From Nymphaea colorata (lineage: Eukaryota): a stretch of DNA of 64,000 bases. The stretch spans positions 42,594,001 to 42,658,000 of the forward strand of contig NC_045138.2 in assembly GCF_008831285.2 (NCBI RefSeq), read 5' to 3'. The notes below the pieces were generated by a model. That model was given only the letters and a program-made list of their open reading frames with translations, did no database searches and had not been told where the DNA came from. Both the position numbers and the translations under genes were made by a program. Positions 47,781-61,874 of this stretch are shown piece after piece; within the stretch, counting starts at the first letter, position 1, and the number at the start of each line of letters is the position of its first letter.

Positions 47781-50700
47781 CATCGCACTTGGCATCAGAA
47801 ATAGTTTATGAATTATAGTTTTAGCTCTAAAAGTTCCTCAACTCTACTGTGTTTCTGTGTGTATATTGCTAAGACACTACATCAGAATTTGAAAATAATA
47901 ATACATATAAAAAGTAGACCTTGTCTTGCTCATGTTTCAAACCAGACAAAAAATAGATATCTGATAGTTACGAAATTCATGATGAAATTAGGAGGCCAAA
48001 ATAGACTAAGACCTAGTAAGACCAGGTATTAGTTGGTCAGTGGCAACCTTGGCCATGTCCAATGGTATATTGGTAATTAGCTACTCGAGATGAAATTATG
48101 CTAAACATGATTAACTTAGCTAATGACAGTTTAAGATATTAAACTACTAATTAGTGACATATTAGAACTCTTAAGCTAGTATTCAACACTAAACTAAACT
48201 GAAACTAAAACTAATCATTTAAATCCAATTAATTGAACAAACCTCCTCAAAATATATTATCATTTTTCTAAACCTCCTCAAGATAGAGTAGTAAATTATG
48301 ATATAATATGCAATATAACAATAAAAAATTTTGGCTATAAATAGGGGTTGCCACCCCCTTTGCAACGTGAGGGAGAAAGTGAAGAGAGAGAAGAGAAAAA
48401 GCAGAGAGGAAAAAGAGGGAGAAGAGGAGGAAGAGAGAGAAGAAGAGAAAGAGGGAGGGGAAGGGAAAAAGAGAGAAGAGGAGACACAGAGAGAGACAAG
48501 GAGAAAGAGAGAGAAGAGGGAGAAGAGGAGAAAGAGAGAGAAAGTAGAGAGAGCAGAGAAAAGGAGAGGGTAGAGAGAGAAAATTGAGGAAAGAGAAAGT
48601 GTATGTCGGTGACGAAACTTTGTCGAATCCTTCATCTCATGCGTTATTGTCACACCCCAACCTTTTGACCCTCAAATAAAATTATTTCCTAAACATAAAA
48701 CATTGAGGTGTGACGACACAACAATTCAAAAAGGAGGGAGCTATGCCAATCGAAACAATGTGGCAAACTTTCATTTATATAACAATTTCAGTTCATACAA
48801 AATCACATCTATGTGCATGACAAAAATGCCCCAAACCATATAATTGATGCCTAATAAAAACAAGACATCAATATAACTAAAACAAAACGCGCCGGCACTA
48901 CAAAAGACCCAAAACCTCCCCAGTAGGATGTGAGTGCAACCATCTGATCAATCTGCTGCCCCGAGTCTGCCAAAACCTAAAAAATAAAAACAACAGAAGG
49001 CTTAGCCTTCGTAGTATGACAGCAAGCCAGGTAAAAGCCCAAGCCCTTTAGGTATGAACTCAAATATGAGATAATCACAATTATCAAAGCAAATCATCAT
49101 CATGTCATGACAGGGCATAATCACATGACTTGACAAGAAGACCCCTCACATAGACCATGACATGTAAGGCCACGACATGCATAAACATATCATTCTCATT
49201 CATTATTCACTCACGTGTACATCATTCATACACATTTCATTTATATTCTTTTCATTTTCATTAGCTTCTGTGAATTGACAGTTCCTGTGGGTGCAAACAC
49301 AGGCACGTGCACACCGCGAGTGGCCTACAACAGAGAGACAACCCTTGTGGTGACCCGAAACAATATGGATTCATTCCCGCTGCAGTTTGGGAAGGCAGGA
49401 GCCCAACGTTCCAAGCACATCACACAACAATACCCTGGGGACTTGCACTGCCTGTGCTCCAAACAAGTGAGACCAATAGTGAAGGCATGACAACTCCCAA
49501 ACACAATGCCACAACCCATTGACCTCTCGTCTCTTATTCTTTCATTCTTATCATTATAATTGCACATTCACAAAATGACTGGCTAGCTCATGAGGTTGGT
49601 TCACTTCACGAGTGCACCCACACCTCCAATTGCCTCTACACGAGGGCTACACATATCATTAATATTCTTAACTAGCCGTCATAACAATAGAGATCGTTCA
49701 ATCTCATTCAATTGTATCATTGCCCACGGCAATACATATACAATAATTCACAACATTCACATTCATAAAATATCACATCTTATCAAATACACCAATCATA
49801 TCTTTCAAAACTTAGCCAAATCCCGGAGAGTAGTCTCAATCCGTGATTGGCTCATAGCTGTCCTAGGTAATTATCATTCTAGGATGCTTTCTAATGCAAT
49901 TGGGGTCGAGGAGATACTCGACTCGATACCCCACCTCATCTGTCCTAAGCAGTTATCAATCTAGCATGCACATGCAATTGCGTAGAAATTTTTAAACAAA
50001 ATTAATCACATAAGCATTAAACTTTCATGCATACATTCCTTCAATCACATCACAATCCAAGGGTCCAACGATCCTAGAAACACACATTCACAAGCTGGCT
50101 CCAGGCAGAGATTTGTCGGGAATGCTGCCATACCTGTCGCGCATCCACAAAACACTTCAAAATGCCTATAGCTTTACGTCTTGTTGCTCAAGGTCTACTG
50201 AACGTGCCTGGTGTACCTGCAAACACAATCAAATGGTAAGTTCTCTACTCGTTTCGCTTTTCGATTTATACAAATATGAAAATATAATCATTGAGGCATG
50301 TCATCACTTTAAGAGGGTGTTGACGGGTAGTGTCGACCCACAAGACCCTCCAATAGGCCACTTCTCAACTTCTTGACGTTGCCACCAAATGTCAAAACTC
50401 AAGGCTTCGATCAAATCCATCACTAACACATTTCTCATTTGCTTTTTTAGTTGAGGCGACTTCTCCACAATTAAGATTCTCAACATACAACGCTATGTAC
50501 ATCAATAGAAGCATATTTCCCAAGCTCGTTAAAATAGTTTTAAACCTTCTCCACAACATCACAATCTCTACCATGTTTCTTAATTGCTTCGAACATCAAC
50601 CCACCATGCTAAAAGATAGATATACATGTGGATTCTCGTCCTACTCAAAACAGTCCTAAACTTCTCTAAAAATAGCAACATTGCTACAATGCATTCCAAA

Positions 50701-53700
50701 TCATCAAATCATGAGTCTAGCATTCTCAAATAATAATTATACATGCTCTAATAGATAATATTAGTCGATTTAGGCTCGGTTAGGCATCACTCACCCCAAT
50801 CTTAGTGTCCAAACTACTGCAATGTTCCCGGCAGCCACCTCAAATGTTTGATTGTGCGCCAACGCCAAAGATTGCTCACTGCCTTCACCACCAACGCCTT
50901 CAATTCACTCGTATGAGGGGAAAGATGCGTCCCCAAGCTGCCAACTGACCACACAGCCACACATGGGTGAAAAATCAGTGAGAAAGAATGCATGCAAGAT
51001 AAGGGTCTGCTGTGAGAATGAGGTAGTCGACAAGGCAAAAAGGGAGGCTCGACTGATAGGGAGGGTTTGGTTGAGGGAGACTCACATGGTTAGGGAGAGG
51101 AGCCGATAGAGAGAGATGGGAGAGGGTTGCATAGTTAGGTGAGGTTGCAGGTAGAGAGGGGAATGGAAAAGAGGGTTCGAACAGGGGGGAGAGATAGACA
51201 AGAGGGTGAGAGGGAAGAAGAGAGAGAGAATGCATAGAAAAAGAGAGAGACGGCCAGAGAGAGGGTGCTGACGGAGAGGGGAGAGTGCAGGCAGAGAGGG
51301 CGAGAGAGCGTGAGAATGGCGGAGGAGGGGAATAGCATGAGAGAGAGAGGGTTGCGTAGGAGGGAGGTTGTGCGGTTGAGAGGGGAGACGATAGAAACAA
51401 CGAGAGAGGGAGGAGGAGAAAAGGGAAGAAGAAGAGGGAAAGAAGGGGAAGAAGCAGAGGTCGAGAGGGCTTACCAGAGTGCCACCACCGTAGTCCTTCC
51501 TCCACCGACCCATGCATTGCTGCAGCCACCTTCCGCCTCCCGTTTCTCTCTGTCGTGCGAACCAGCGAGAGACGAAGGAGAAGGAGACGTTGAGGAAGGC
51601 GAGGGAGAAGAGGCGTCAGGCTCCAATGCGGGTGGATTCGGGTCCGGGTTTGGACCCGATCCGACCCACCTGTACGAGACGAGCGCTACATCCTACCCTC
51701 CTTAAAATAAAATTTCGTCCTCGAAATTTAGATCATACCTCAATGCAAGAACAAGTGTGGATACTTCTTTCCCATATCCTCCTCGAGTTCCCATGTGCTC
51801 TCCTTTAACCCATGGTGTTGCCATTCCATTCTCACTAAAGGAATTCTCTTAGTGCGAAGCACTTGCTCTCTTCGATCCACAATTCTAATAGGCTTTTCTT
51901 TCATTGTCAAATCATCTTGCACTTGAATACCTTGAAAGACAATCACATGTGCATGATCTAGTACGTACTTTCGAAGCATGGAAACATGAAAAACATCATG
52001 AACATGACTCAAATTAGGTGGTAGTCCTAATCTATATGCCACCTCTCCGATCTTCTCTAATCTCTCGAAAGGTCCAATGAACCTCGGGCTCAACTTCCCT
52101 TTAATACCAAATCAAAAAACACCTTTAGTAGGTAAAATCTTCAAGAATACATGATCACCAACCTCAAAAGCCAACTTTCTACGTCAAATGTTAACATAAC
52201 TTTTCTGTCTACTTTGTGCAATCAACAACTTTTTCCTTATCAATTGTACTTGGTCAGTATAATGTTGCAATACCAAAAGGTTTTTGATCACCAAAGGGTT
52301 TTTGATCTTGCCATCACCCAATTCCATTCAATAAGTTGGTGATCTGCATGATCTTCCATACAAGGCCTCAAAAGGTGCCATCCCGATACTAGAGTGGTAG
52401 CTGTTATTATCAGCGAATTCTGCCAATTTCACATGTTTCTCTCATTCTCCTTTCTAATACAAAACACAAGCACGCAACATGTCCTCTAAGGTTTGAATGG
52501 TGCTCTCAGATTGCCCATTAGTTTGGGAGTGAAATGCTGTGCTCAACTTAAGCTTGGTACTCAATGCCTTTTGCAATTACCCCCAAAACCTAGAAGTAAA
52601 ATGTGGATCTCGATTCGCAATGATAGACTTTGACACTCCATGCAATCTCACTATCTCGCCAATGTATAACTCTGCGAGACTTTCCAATGACTGATTGATT
52701 TTGATTGGCAGAAAATGAGTGGACTTCGTAAGTTGATCAACAATCACCCATATGACATCATGTTGTCTTTTGGTGTGAGGCAAACCAACTACGAAATCCA
52801 TCGTAATGTCCTTCCATTTCCACACTGGAATATCAATCCTCTGCAACAAGCCTCCTGGTCGTTGATGTTCTGCCTTGACCCGCTGGCAAAATAAACACTT
52901 TGCTACATATTCTGAAATTTTACACTTCATTCCAGGCCACTAGAAATTTCGTTTCATATCCTGAAACATCTTTGTACTACCAGGGTGTATAGAAAACTTA
53001 GAATTGTAAGCTTCATCAAGTAACTGACACTTCACTCCTTCCTCTCTAGGGACCCACAATCTTTGTTGAAACTACAATGAACCATCTTCCTCTTGATACC
53101 AAGAATAATCTGTCTTCTTGATACCAAGAATAATCTGTCTTCTTACTTTTTTCTGCTTTTTTAGCAAAATCAGGATTTTCATTTTGCTTCAATATAAGCT
53201 CTTTCATCAAAGGATGTCGTATCAAGGCAGCCATTATTTCTTTATTATCGTCACAAAGGTAAGACTGTCATGCTATCACATCTTACAACAATGTCCAAGA
53301 ATAAGTCAACATACTGCACATTATTGCCTTAGCATGTCTGCTCAAAGCAACAGCCACCACATTCGCCTTTCTTGGATGATATGATATTTTGAAATCATAA
53401 TCCTTTAAGTATTCAATCCATCTTCTTTGTCTCAGATTTAGATCCTTTTGGGAGAATATGTACTTTAATGACTTGTGGTCTGTGAACACCTCAAATATTG
53501 CCCCATAGAGGTAGTGTCTCCATATCTTTAATGTGAACACAACTACTCCCAACTCTAAATCATGAGTGAGATAATGTTGCTCATATGCCTTCAACTGTCT
53601 TGATGCATAAGCTACTACACAACTATGTTACATCAATATACAACCATAACCGATTCCTGATGCATCAGTGTACAATACAAATCTAGAATAACCCGATGGA

Positions 53701-56700
53701 AGCATCAAAATAAGTGCGGTGGTAAGCTTATCCTTCAAAGCTTGGAAGCTCTTCTCGCACTCTTCATTCCAAACAAATTTCACTCCTTTTCTCAATAGCT
53801 TAGTCATGGGTGTAGTTATTTTCAAAAAGTCTTGTATAAACCTGCGATAGTATCCTGCCAATCCCAAAAAGCTTCTAACATCAGTTACGCTACATGACGT
53901 CTTCCAGTCTTGTACTGCCAACACCATAGCCAGATCAACGAAAATTCCATCCTTCGAGACCAAGGAAGTTTACCTTCTCAAATTCACATTTTGAGTATTT
54001 GGCATATAACTTATGCTTGCGAAAAAGACCCAACACACTTCTTAAGTGATCTCTATGCTCTGCCTCACTATCTGAGTACACCAAAATGTCATCAACAAAA
54101 ACAATAACAAATTGATCCAAGTAGTCTTGGAAAACCCAATTCATGAGGTCCATAAACGTTGCGGGAGCATTGGTCAACCCAAAAGGCATGACCCTGAATT
54201 CATAGTACCCATATCTAGTTCAAAAAGCAGTCTTAGAAACATCTTCCTCCCGTATCAAGAGTTGATGATAACCTGTCCTCAGATCGATCTTGGAGAATAC
54301 CTTTGTATTCTTAAGCTGATTAAACAAGTCTTCAATTCTTGGAAGCGGATACTTATTCTTGATAGTGACTTGATTCAACATGCGGTAGTCTATGCACAAG
54401 CACATCGTTCCATCTTTCTTCTTAACAAACAATACGAGTACTCCCTAAGGTGACACACTAGGTCGAATGAAGCCCTTATCTAAGAGCTCCTGCAATTGCT
54501 TCTTCAATTCTTCTAACTCTACCAGTGCCATACGGTATGATGCATTAGAAATAGAAGCTGTCCCTGGTAACAACTCTATTTTGAATTCAATTTCTCGTGT
54601 TGGAGGCAAACTCGACAGCTCATCAGGGAACACAGCACATATGAGCAACAAATGGACTATGCCATTAGTGTTCATATGACTTAATTGTCTAGGATGTGTC
54701 GAAATCCATCCCGAACCATGCACCGGTTTATTGTACCGTTCAGTGGGCTAGGCTGCGAGACATAGCTAGCCTTAATTGGTCATGATAAATAGTAGCTCTT
54801 AGGCTACTACGAGTCAGTTTTGGTTAGATAGCCTTGGCCATACCTATAGTACAGCTAAAACTGGGTGAGCAATTGATTTAGTTAAGATTTAATGTTAATA
54901 ATACATAATTAGATTAATCACATAGTTTATAGAGTTGTTAGACTAGAAAAGTTGAAATTTAGCAAGCTTGAACTAAGTTGCAAGTTTAAGCAAATGGCTT
55001 AAGTTAATTAAATTAAATTTGATTCTTTGAATACATGTTCATGCATACATGCATGTTATTTAGTAGTATCTATTTTTGAAAGTAAATGCCACATGCAAAT
55101 AGGGAACTTGAGCTGTGTTGGTCATACAAGCTCGATATTGAGTTCCAAGAGTGAGGTGTTTGATGATAAACTCGTGTTTTAGGCTCTAAGATGAGCATAT
55201 TTGATAATGCAAGCAGGGTAGTGATGATAGATGTGGAAGAACACTTGTGCATTAAATTGATTGAGCATAATGGTTGTGTATTTACTTTAAGCAAATGTTT
55301 GCTCATGGCTTGAGTTATCATTATGATGTGGGCAACAGCCTAGGGCTGGTTTTATATTTTTGGGTTGATGGAATGAGGGGAAGGTTCGAAAGCGACACAA
55401 TATATCAGAAAGATGATGCAAGAACTAGTAATGGTCAGGAAAGACCACTAGTGGGACTGCAATTTTTTGTAACCAACATATGAGACTAAAACTAGTGGTC
55501 TTAAGTTGTTTGAGACTAAAACTTGAGAGCTGTGACTCACTGACATATATATAAAGTAATGTTTTTTTATTAATCGGTGTTTTTCATTAGCAACATTAAC
55601 TACTAGGACAGATCGTGCCATGCACTAATCATGCAGCAAGTTATCTATACACAATAGACAAATCAGGCCTATGGCAACCATGTAGGTGTGTGATTGTTTC
55701 GCTTTCACTACAAAAAAAAACTCTATATCTATTTTCTTTTCGTGTTTAGTTGTGTATGACATTGGAGCATTACATTTAATGGTATTAGAGCAACCCCATT
55801 CTTTTCTTAGATTAGCCTCTGATCATAGCATCATCCAGAAGGTGAGTACTAGGTAAAAGTTATTGTTAAGATATTGAGACATCCATTATGATTTACTTTA
55901 AATAAAACAATGAAAGGTTATCTAATTAAGAAATAAAAAATTATGCATTGTAGAGAGTAAATCCTTAATTCACGTAATAATATCTCAATATATTAGATGG
56001 AGGTCTCGACAGGATGCTGCAAGAACTAGTAGTGGTCAGGAAAGAGGCAAGGGTCATCAGCCAAGAGGCCAGGTGGATCTCATGGAAATTCTATGAACAA
56101 TTTTTGGCAGACCTTGGCCCAGGCAAGTACTCAGTCAGCAGATTTGGCTTCACCATAAAAACCAACTGTGTTACTATAGTAGTTTCTAGCAACCAACATA
56201 ATAAATTCATAAACTTGAATCTACCGAAATTTACAGGAGGTATATACACAATGGATGCCAGAGAGTGGCTAGATGAAATCAAAGAGGCATTTGAACTGGT
56301 GGATGTACCAACTAACCTCAAACTGAAATTTGGCGCCTACATGCTTAGTGGAGATGCCTAAAACTGGTGGAAAACTATTAAACAGATAAAGTTTGACAGT
56401 TAGGTAGTAACTTGGGAGCAATTCAGGCAGAATTTCACAGAAACATATATTGCTGATCATGTCAAGAAAAGGCGGATGCAAAAATTTCTTGAGTTAGCTT
56501 AGTATGGCAGAACTCTTGAAGAGAATATCTGTGAGTTCCATCATCTGGAAAAGTATTGTCTAAATACATACATTACTGAAAAGGTCAGGGTAAATAAATT
56601 TATAGAGGACTGAATGATAATTTGAGGTTGAGAATGGTGGGAGCAAGTCCTATTGACCTAACACATGCAATTGAGAAAGTGACTCAGATACAAGAGACTT

Positions 56701-58798
56701 TCAGTCAAATTCAAGGTCAAGGAAAAAGAAAGTTTTATGGGTCTAAATCATCACCTCGATCCCCAACTACGAAACCTTTTGTGCCCAAATATGAGCCTTT
56801 TCCACCAACTCCAATTAGTAAACCTTTTTCTCCAAACATGCCTAATACAAAAGGCCATCATCCTTGCCACCGACTACACTCTGGAAGACTATGCCCTTAC
56901 AAGGGCATGTTTAGATTGTGCTGAACAAGGACATTTTATTAGAGAATGTCCGAAGAAACAAGGATTTCCTCCACAAGGACCACAATCTGTAAATAGATTT
57001 CCAACCAAGAAAGTACCAGATGGGTGTATGCACCAATGATTGAGAGCCATTCAAATCCAAATTTTTTTGAAGGAACAAGTATTGAGAACAAACAGGATAC
57101 AGTAGTAAAGGTGAAATGGCAGCAACACAGACCTATTGACAGTACTGGGGAGTTGAAAGCCGATATGCAAAACACTATCCCCAATTGTTTTTCATAGAGA
57201 TAAGAAATTTTGGGGATGAAATTTTCTTAAGGGGGTAAGAATTGTAACATCAAGCTTTCTTGCCATCATAAACAGTTTATGAATTACAGTTTTAGCCCTA
57301 GAAGTTCTAGAACCTATTGTGTTTCTGTGTGTATATTGATATCAGAATTTGAAAATAATAATGCATATAAAAAATATATGACCTAATCTTGCCCATGTTT
57401 TGAACCAAAGAGAAAATGGCTGTCCGATGGTTACAAAAATTTGCAGCCAAACTAGTGGTCTCTAGGTCTAAGGTCCCAATCCTTTCATTTCTCCTCTTTG
57501 AAAAATTGATTTTTTTTAATAACAGCTTCACTATACTCCAGCCAAATATCTCTTTGAGGTTAGCTGAGACAACTTAAGCCAAGTTTGAGCTTCTTGGAGC
57601 TCAATTTGAGCTTGTCCACTCAAGCTAGGCTCAAGTTCAAGGGGAGCTTGAGCTCCACTTTTGACACTTGAGCCAATTTCTGAACTAGGCTCGTGTACAT
57701 TCCTATAGGCAACAACCCATCATGACAATGCATTTCATTAGATTCATGAAAATGTACAAAACATAACAAAGAAAACAAAGGAGAGCTCTTGGAAAAGAGT
57801 GCTAATTTTAGTGGATGGGTGATATACAGTATGGCATAAGAAGGGAGGGTGTGGAAATTGCCTTCCTTCTATTGACATGCAACCTCAGAGGCCTCGACAA
57901 CCACTCTATAATATATTTTGAGGAATTTTTTTCAATTAATTGGATTTAAATGATTAGTTTCAATTCTAGTTTAGCTTAATTTCTAATCCTCTAGCTTAAG
58001 AGCTCTAATCTATCATTAGTTGGGCGTTTAAGCTTGTAAACTGTCATAAGATAAACTTAATCATGATTAGCATAATTTAATCTTGAATAGCTAATTACTA
58101 ATCTATTGGTCATGGCCAAGTTTGCCACTAACTAAAGACCATAATACCCCGATCTTACTGGGTCTTTGGTTATGACTCACTACTGAAACCAAACTTAGTG
58201 AACCATTTGAATTACAACTCACTAGTGCTGGAGTGAGCTTGCTTTCAGTAATGATACTCACTTATTATTATTTTAACAATCAATAGAAAACATAAATTTT
58301 ACATTCAAGTGATATATTAGAAATCTTGCTATGATTTTCATTGTACTCAGTGGTTGTCTTGATACTATAAGTATCTGTGTTCATTAGGTTCTCAATTGTG
58401 ACAAATGATGCTCATTGACCGTGCGGCTGAAGGGATGGGGGATTGCTAGGAAGAAATGCGATAATGTCATATACATTTTCCCTACGTACTTTTGTATGTA
58501 CATTCTTGTACACCTTTTGAAGTTGTTTGAGGCCAAAACTTGAGAGCCACGGCTCTCCAACATATGTATAAAGTAATGTTTTTTATTTATAGGTGCTTTT
58601 CATTAATAACATTAATTGCTAGGATAGATCATGTCATGTCGTAATTACGCAGGCAAGTTATCTATATGTAATAGACAAATTAGGCCTGCACCAACTATGT
58701 AGGCGTGTGCTTGTTTTGCTCCCACTACAAAAAAAAAAAAAAAACTCTGTATCTAGTTACTTTTTGTGTTTAGTTGTGTATGACATTAGAGTGTTACA
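47781..58798 (+). mobile_element. Non-autonomous Gypsy element I (LTR-gag-chromodomain-LTR, no pol), 5' LTR interrupted by H
   Basis: 5' LTR pieces at ~47781-48647 and ~54634-55774, PBS-like TGGTATTAGAGC 55780-55791. Decayed gag 55998-57030 (PKFTGG..AREWL..GAYMLSGDA; CLDCAEQGHFIREC) and chromodomain remnant 57040-57200. PPT AAGGGGGTAAGAA and 3' LTR 57243-58798, whose start matches ~47790 and whose end matches 55508-55774. Confidence 0.75.
48648..54633 (-). mobile_element. 5'-truncated Gypsy element H (same family as E)
   Basis: 3' LTR 48648-51690 homologous to the E LTR, PPT 51691-51703. Minus-strand chromodomain/IN, RH (LYTDASG; HDLEL) and RT ([25 protein letters not shown]) fragments. Confidence 0.92.
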
Positions 58799-59712
58799 TG
58801 TAGTTAGTGAGAAATAGACAAAGAAAAGAGCATCTTGTGTCACCATGGCCAACACAACTATCAGCGTAGTGAGTGAGAGAAAGAGAGAGTGGCAAAAGAA
58901 GGTTCATACTTACGAGAAGATGAGAGCTTAGATGGAAAGAAGTTGGAGGTGAGTGGGAGAGACTGTGAATAGGTTTCATCAGGAGGGAAAAGGAGAGATT
59001 GTGTGAGAGTAAGCAATGTTTCAACAAGAGGGAAAGGAAGAGAACAGCAAGGGAAGTGAGAGTTTCATTGAAAGGGGTGCTTCTTGCTGAGGGTGAGCAT
59101 TTCGTGGCAAACCATGGAACACCACAAAATGGGGTTGGGTTTTTATACCCCCCTTTTGTGTCAGCAAAGTGGAAAATGGAACATGTTGTTCCATTCCGCA
59201 AAATTCTAGCCCATTCAAATGACCACTAAGGGCCCACACCCCATAATGGGTCCATGTCCATGGGAGTGGCTATTGAGGCCTCTAAGGGTGCGTGTCGATA
59301 GAAGGAAGGCAACATCCACACCCTCCCTTCTTATGCCATACTGTATATCACCATGTACATCCACTCTTTTCCAATTTCTCTCTTTTGTTTTCTTTATGTT
59401 TTGTATATTTTCGTGAATCTAATGAAACGCATTGTCATGATGGGTTGCCTATAGGGATGTACACAAGCCTAGCTTGGAACTCCGGTCAAGTGTCAAAAGT
59501 GGTTGCTCAAGCTCTGCTTGAGCTTGAGCTCAAACTGACTTCGAGTGGACGAGCTCAACTTGAGCTCCAGGAAGCTCAAACTTGGCTCGAGTTGTCTCAG
59601 CTAAACTCAAAGATAGATTTGGCTGGAGTATTATGAAGCTGTTATATAAAAAAAATCAATTTTTTTAAAGAGGAGAAATGATAGGATTTGGACCTCAGGC
59701 CTAGAGGTTGCT
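57452..59712. repeat. Long imperfect inverted repeat, arms about 57452-57907 and 59263-59712
   Basis: For example TATGGCATAAGAAGGGAGGGTGTGGA versus TCCACACCCTCCCTTCTTATGCCATA, and CATTTCTCCTCTTT versus AAAGAGGAGAAATG. The arms are colinear over about 450 bp. Confidence 0.88.
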
Positions 59713-59952
59713 AACCAGGGCAGAAAACTAATGAAGCTGCTTTTTTGTTGTAATAGTAATGTGAATCATTGTTATATATTCTCTTTGCGAGATTTACTCA
59801 AGTGTAAATGGGTGGAGCTTGCCTATCTCGAACTTGGCTCGTTTACTTAACAGAATTTATTTTTTAACTTGAACTTGACTCATTTATTAAACAAGTTTAA
59901 TCATATGAGTTCATGTCAAGCCGGAGTTGACTGGACTCATTGAACATCCTTA
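59452..59952. mobile_element. hAT-type MITE (GAGCTC/CAAGC-rich), 501 bp
   Basis: 8-bp TSD GTTGCCTA at 59444-59451 and 59953-59960, imperfect TIR TAGGGATGT..ACATCCTTA. Decayed relatives probably lie near 32620-32790 and 41275-41395. Confidence 0.8.
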
Positions 59953-61874
59953 GTTGCCTAGTGGTTTTCACGATTGCTTAATCATGTTGAAATATTTGGA
60001 AGGACACTTTGCATCATTCTGCCTTATATATCTTGTACACGTCTGTCTTTCTCGCTTGCAACTGACTTGTTATTGACATCAGAAGATGGTCACACAAATA
60101 TGTGACGTAAGTTCTGTCACAATATTTTAATTTTTAATGGTTTGAAGCAGTACTTGAGGAGAATATAAGGAGTTTTAGATATGACTTAACTTGCAACATT
60201 GTCTTGTATTATTATAGAACTTTTAAATGTTATGGTAATTGGCAAATGTATTTTATTTGCTAGTTCAGTCTAGCTGGTTGTTTGTCGAAAATATTAATAT
60301 TGATTCTCTTAATAGTGTCCAGCTTGAAATGTCCATGCCACAAGACAGTTTAAAGCATGCCTGAATGAGTTGATAAGATGTCTCACCACATAGGGTTGTA
60401 TTTCAAGTGATATAACTTTATGAATGAAATTTGGTGATTTTTTCTTTGAAAACCGTGCTTCACTTACCCAAATCACTTCAAAAGGACATCCTTCTTTGTT
60501 TATGGGATATCTTGTCTGGTACAAGCCATCTAGAGAAAATTATCTCTTTCACTTGCGTCTCATGTCCTACAGATGCATTCCCATAAAATGGCATTGTAGT
60601 TTGTTCCATAAAAAATAATGCAGGACATCGAAATATATTTGGCAATCAGGATAAACGCGTAGTCTTTATATCGAATGTCAACCATGCAAATGCAAGCATC
60701 ATGTTAGTAACCCGGAAATATATTCTCATACTAGTTTACTTGGGGATGTGAATTATAATTAATTTTGATAAATGTTTAGATTGTATATTTTTGAAGCATT
60801 ATATATTCAAATAAACCACATGGTGGATTCTATGTTCATGACTGCAGCAACATCGGATCTAGAATTTTAAAAAGTGATTAAAGAGATCACCTGTTAATTC
60901 AAGTCTAGCTATACTTTTTTGCTCGATCATTTTACGAGATACATATTCATGTGCTTGTGTATTGTGTCCCAACACATCAAAAACTTCCTACTTCAACCTT
61001 CTTCTAAATCTGCCTATGAATCCCAGAGGTCCAAACTCAGCCACAACTAATATCATCTTATTTTAAAGCAAAATATTCCAATAGGATTATGTTAGAACAT
61101 ATTGAGCTGGCAATGCCATTAATATCTGCTCCAAGGCTAGCTTTCCCTTTTGCATGATACAAGATATATAATATTCATGTTCGAAATGTGAAAGCCGAAA
61201 GATAATCTCAGTGCTTAATATACAGTATCTATGGACTACAATAATTCTTTAGTGGGTATCATAATATTGCATGATTATATATGAGGTGCCTTGTCCCCAT
61301 GATAGCATACACAAGTTTGCATGTTTCACTGTTACCAAAGTATTGGCTGGTATTTTTCATAGCAGCCCCTTGAATTTTTATATCTTGACTTTTGTTCTTT
61401 TCTGTTTTATTAAATGAATCTTGTTTATTTTTAATCTATTTTTTTTAAATATTTAATTATCCAATTTTCATTAGTGTCTGTTTTATAAAATAAGGGTACC
61501 GATCTTTGATTCCAAGCAACGTAGTAAAAAAAATCGTCATCACATTTATATAAATCTAATGGATGTTATTAAGAATAGATGCACCTGAAGCGCCCCTACT
61601 TCACACCCACATGGTCAGCACATCAGTTGCATATATTCTTTTCTAAGACTACCAGAAAATGTAAGTACATATATGAATCTACGTACTTATTTTGATATAC
61701 TTGGTAACCATTTGTGTATTAGTTAAGAAGCATGTTGTCATGTCAAATTTCTTTGTCGCAAAGAGTGGCCCAACATTTGGACCATTCAGAAATCGTAGGT
61801 CAACTTTTGAGAGACTTTGCGGTTAATTTTCAAGTAGTTGTTCCCAGATAATTACTTTCATAAAATCGTAAGTA

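Noticed and set aside
55706..55720. CACTACAAAAAAAAA (also near 58723) as a CACTA terminus
   Set aside because: It occurs at the homologous position in both LTRs of element I and has no inverted partner or TSD.
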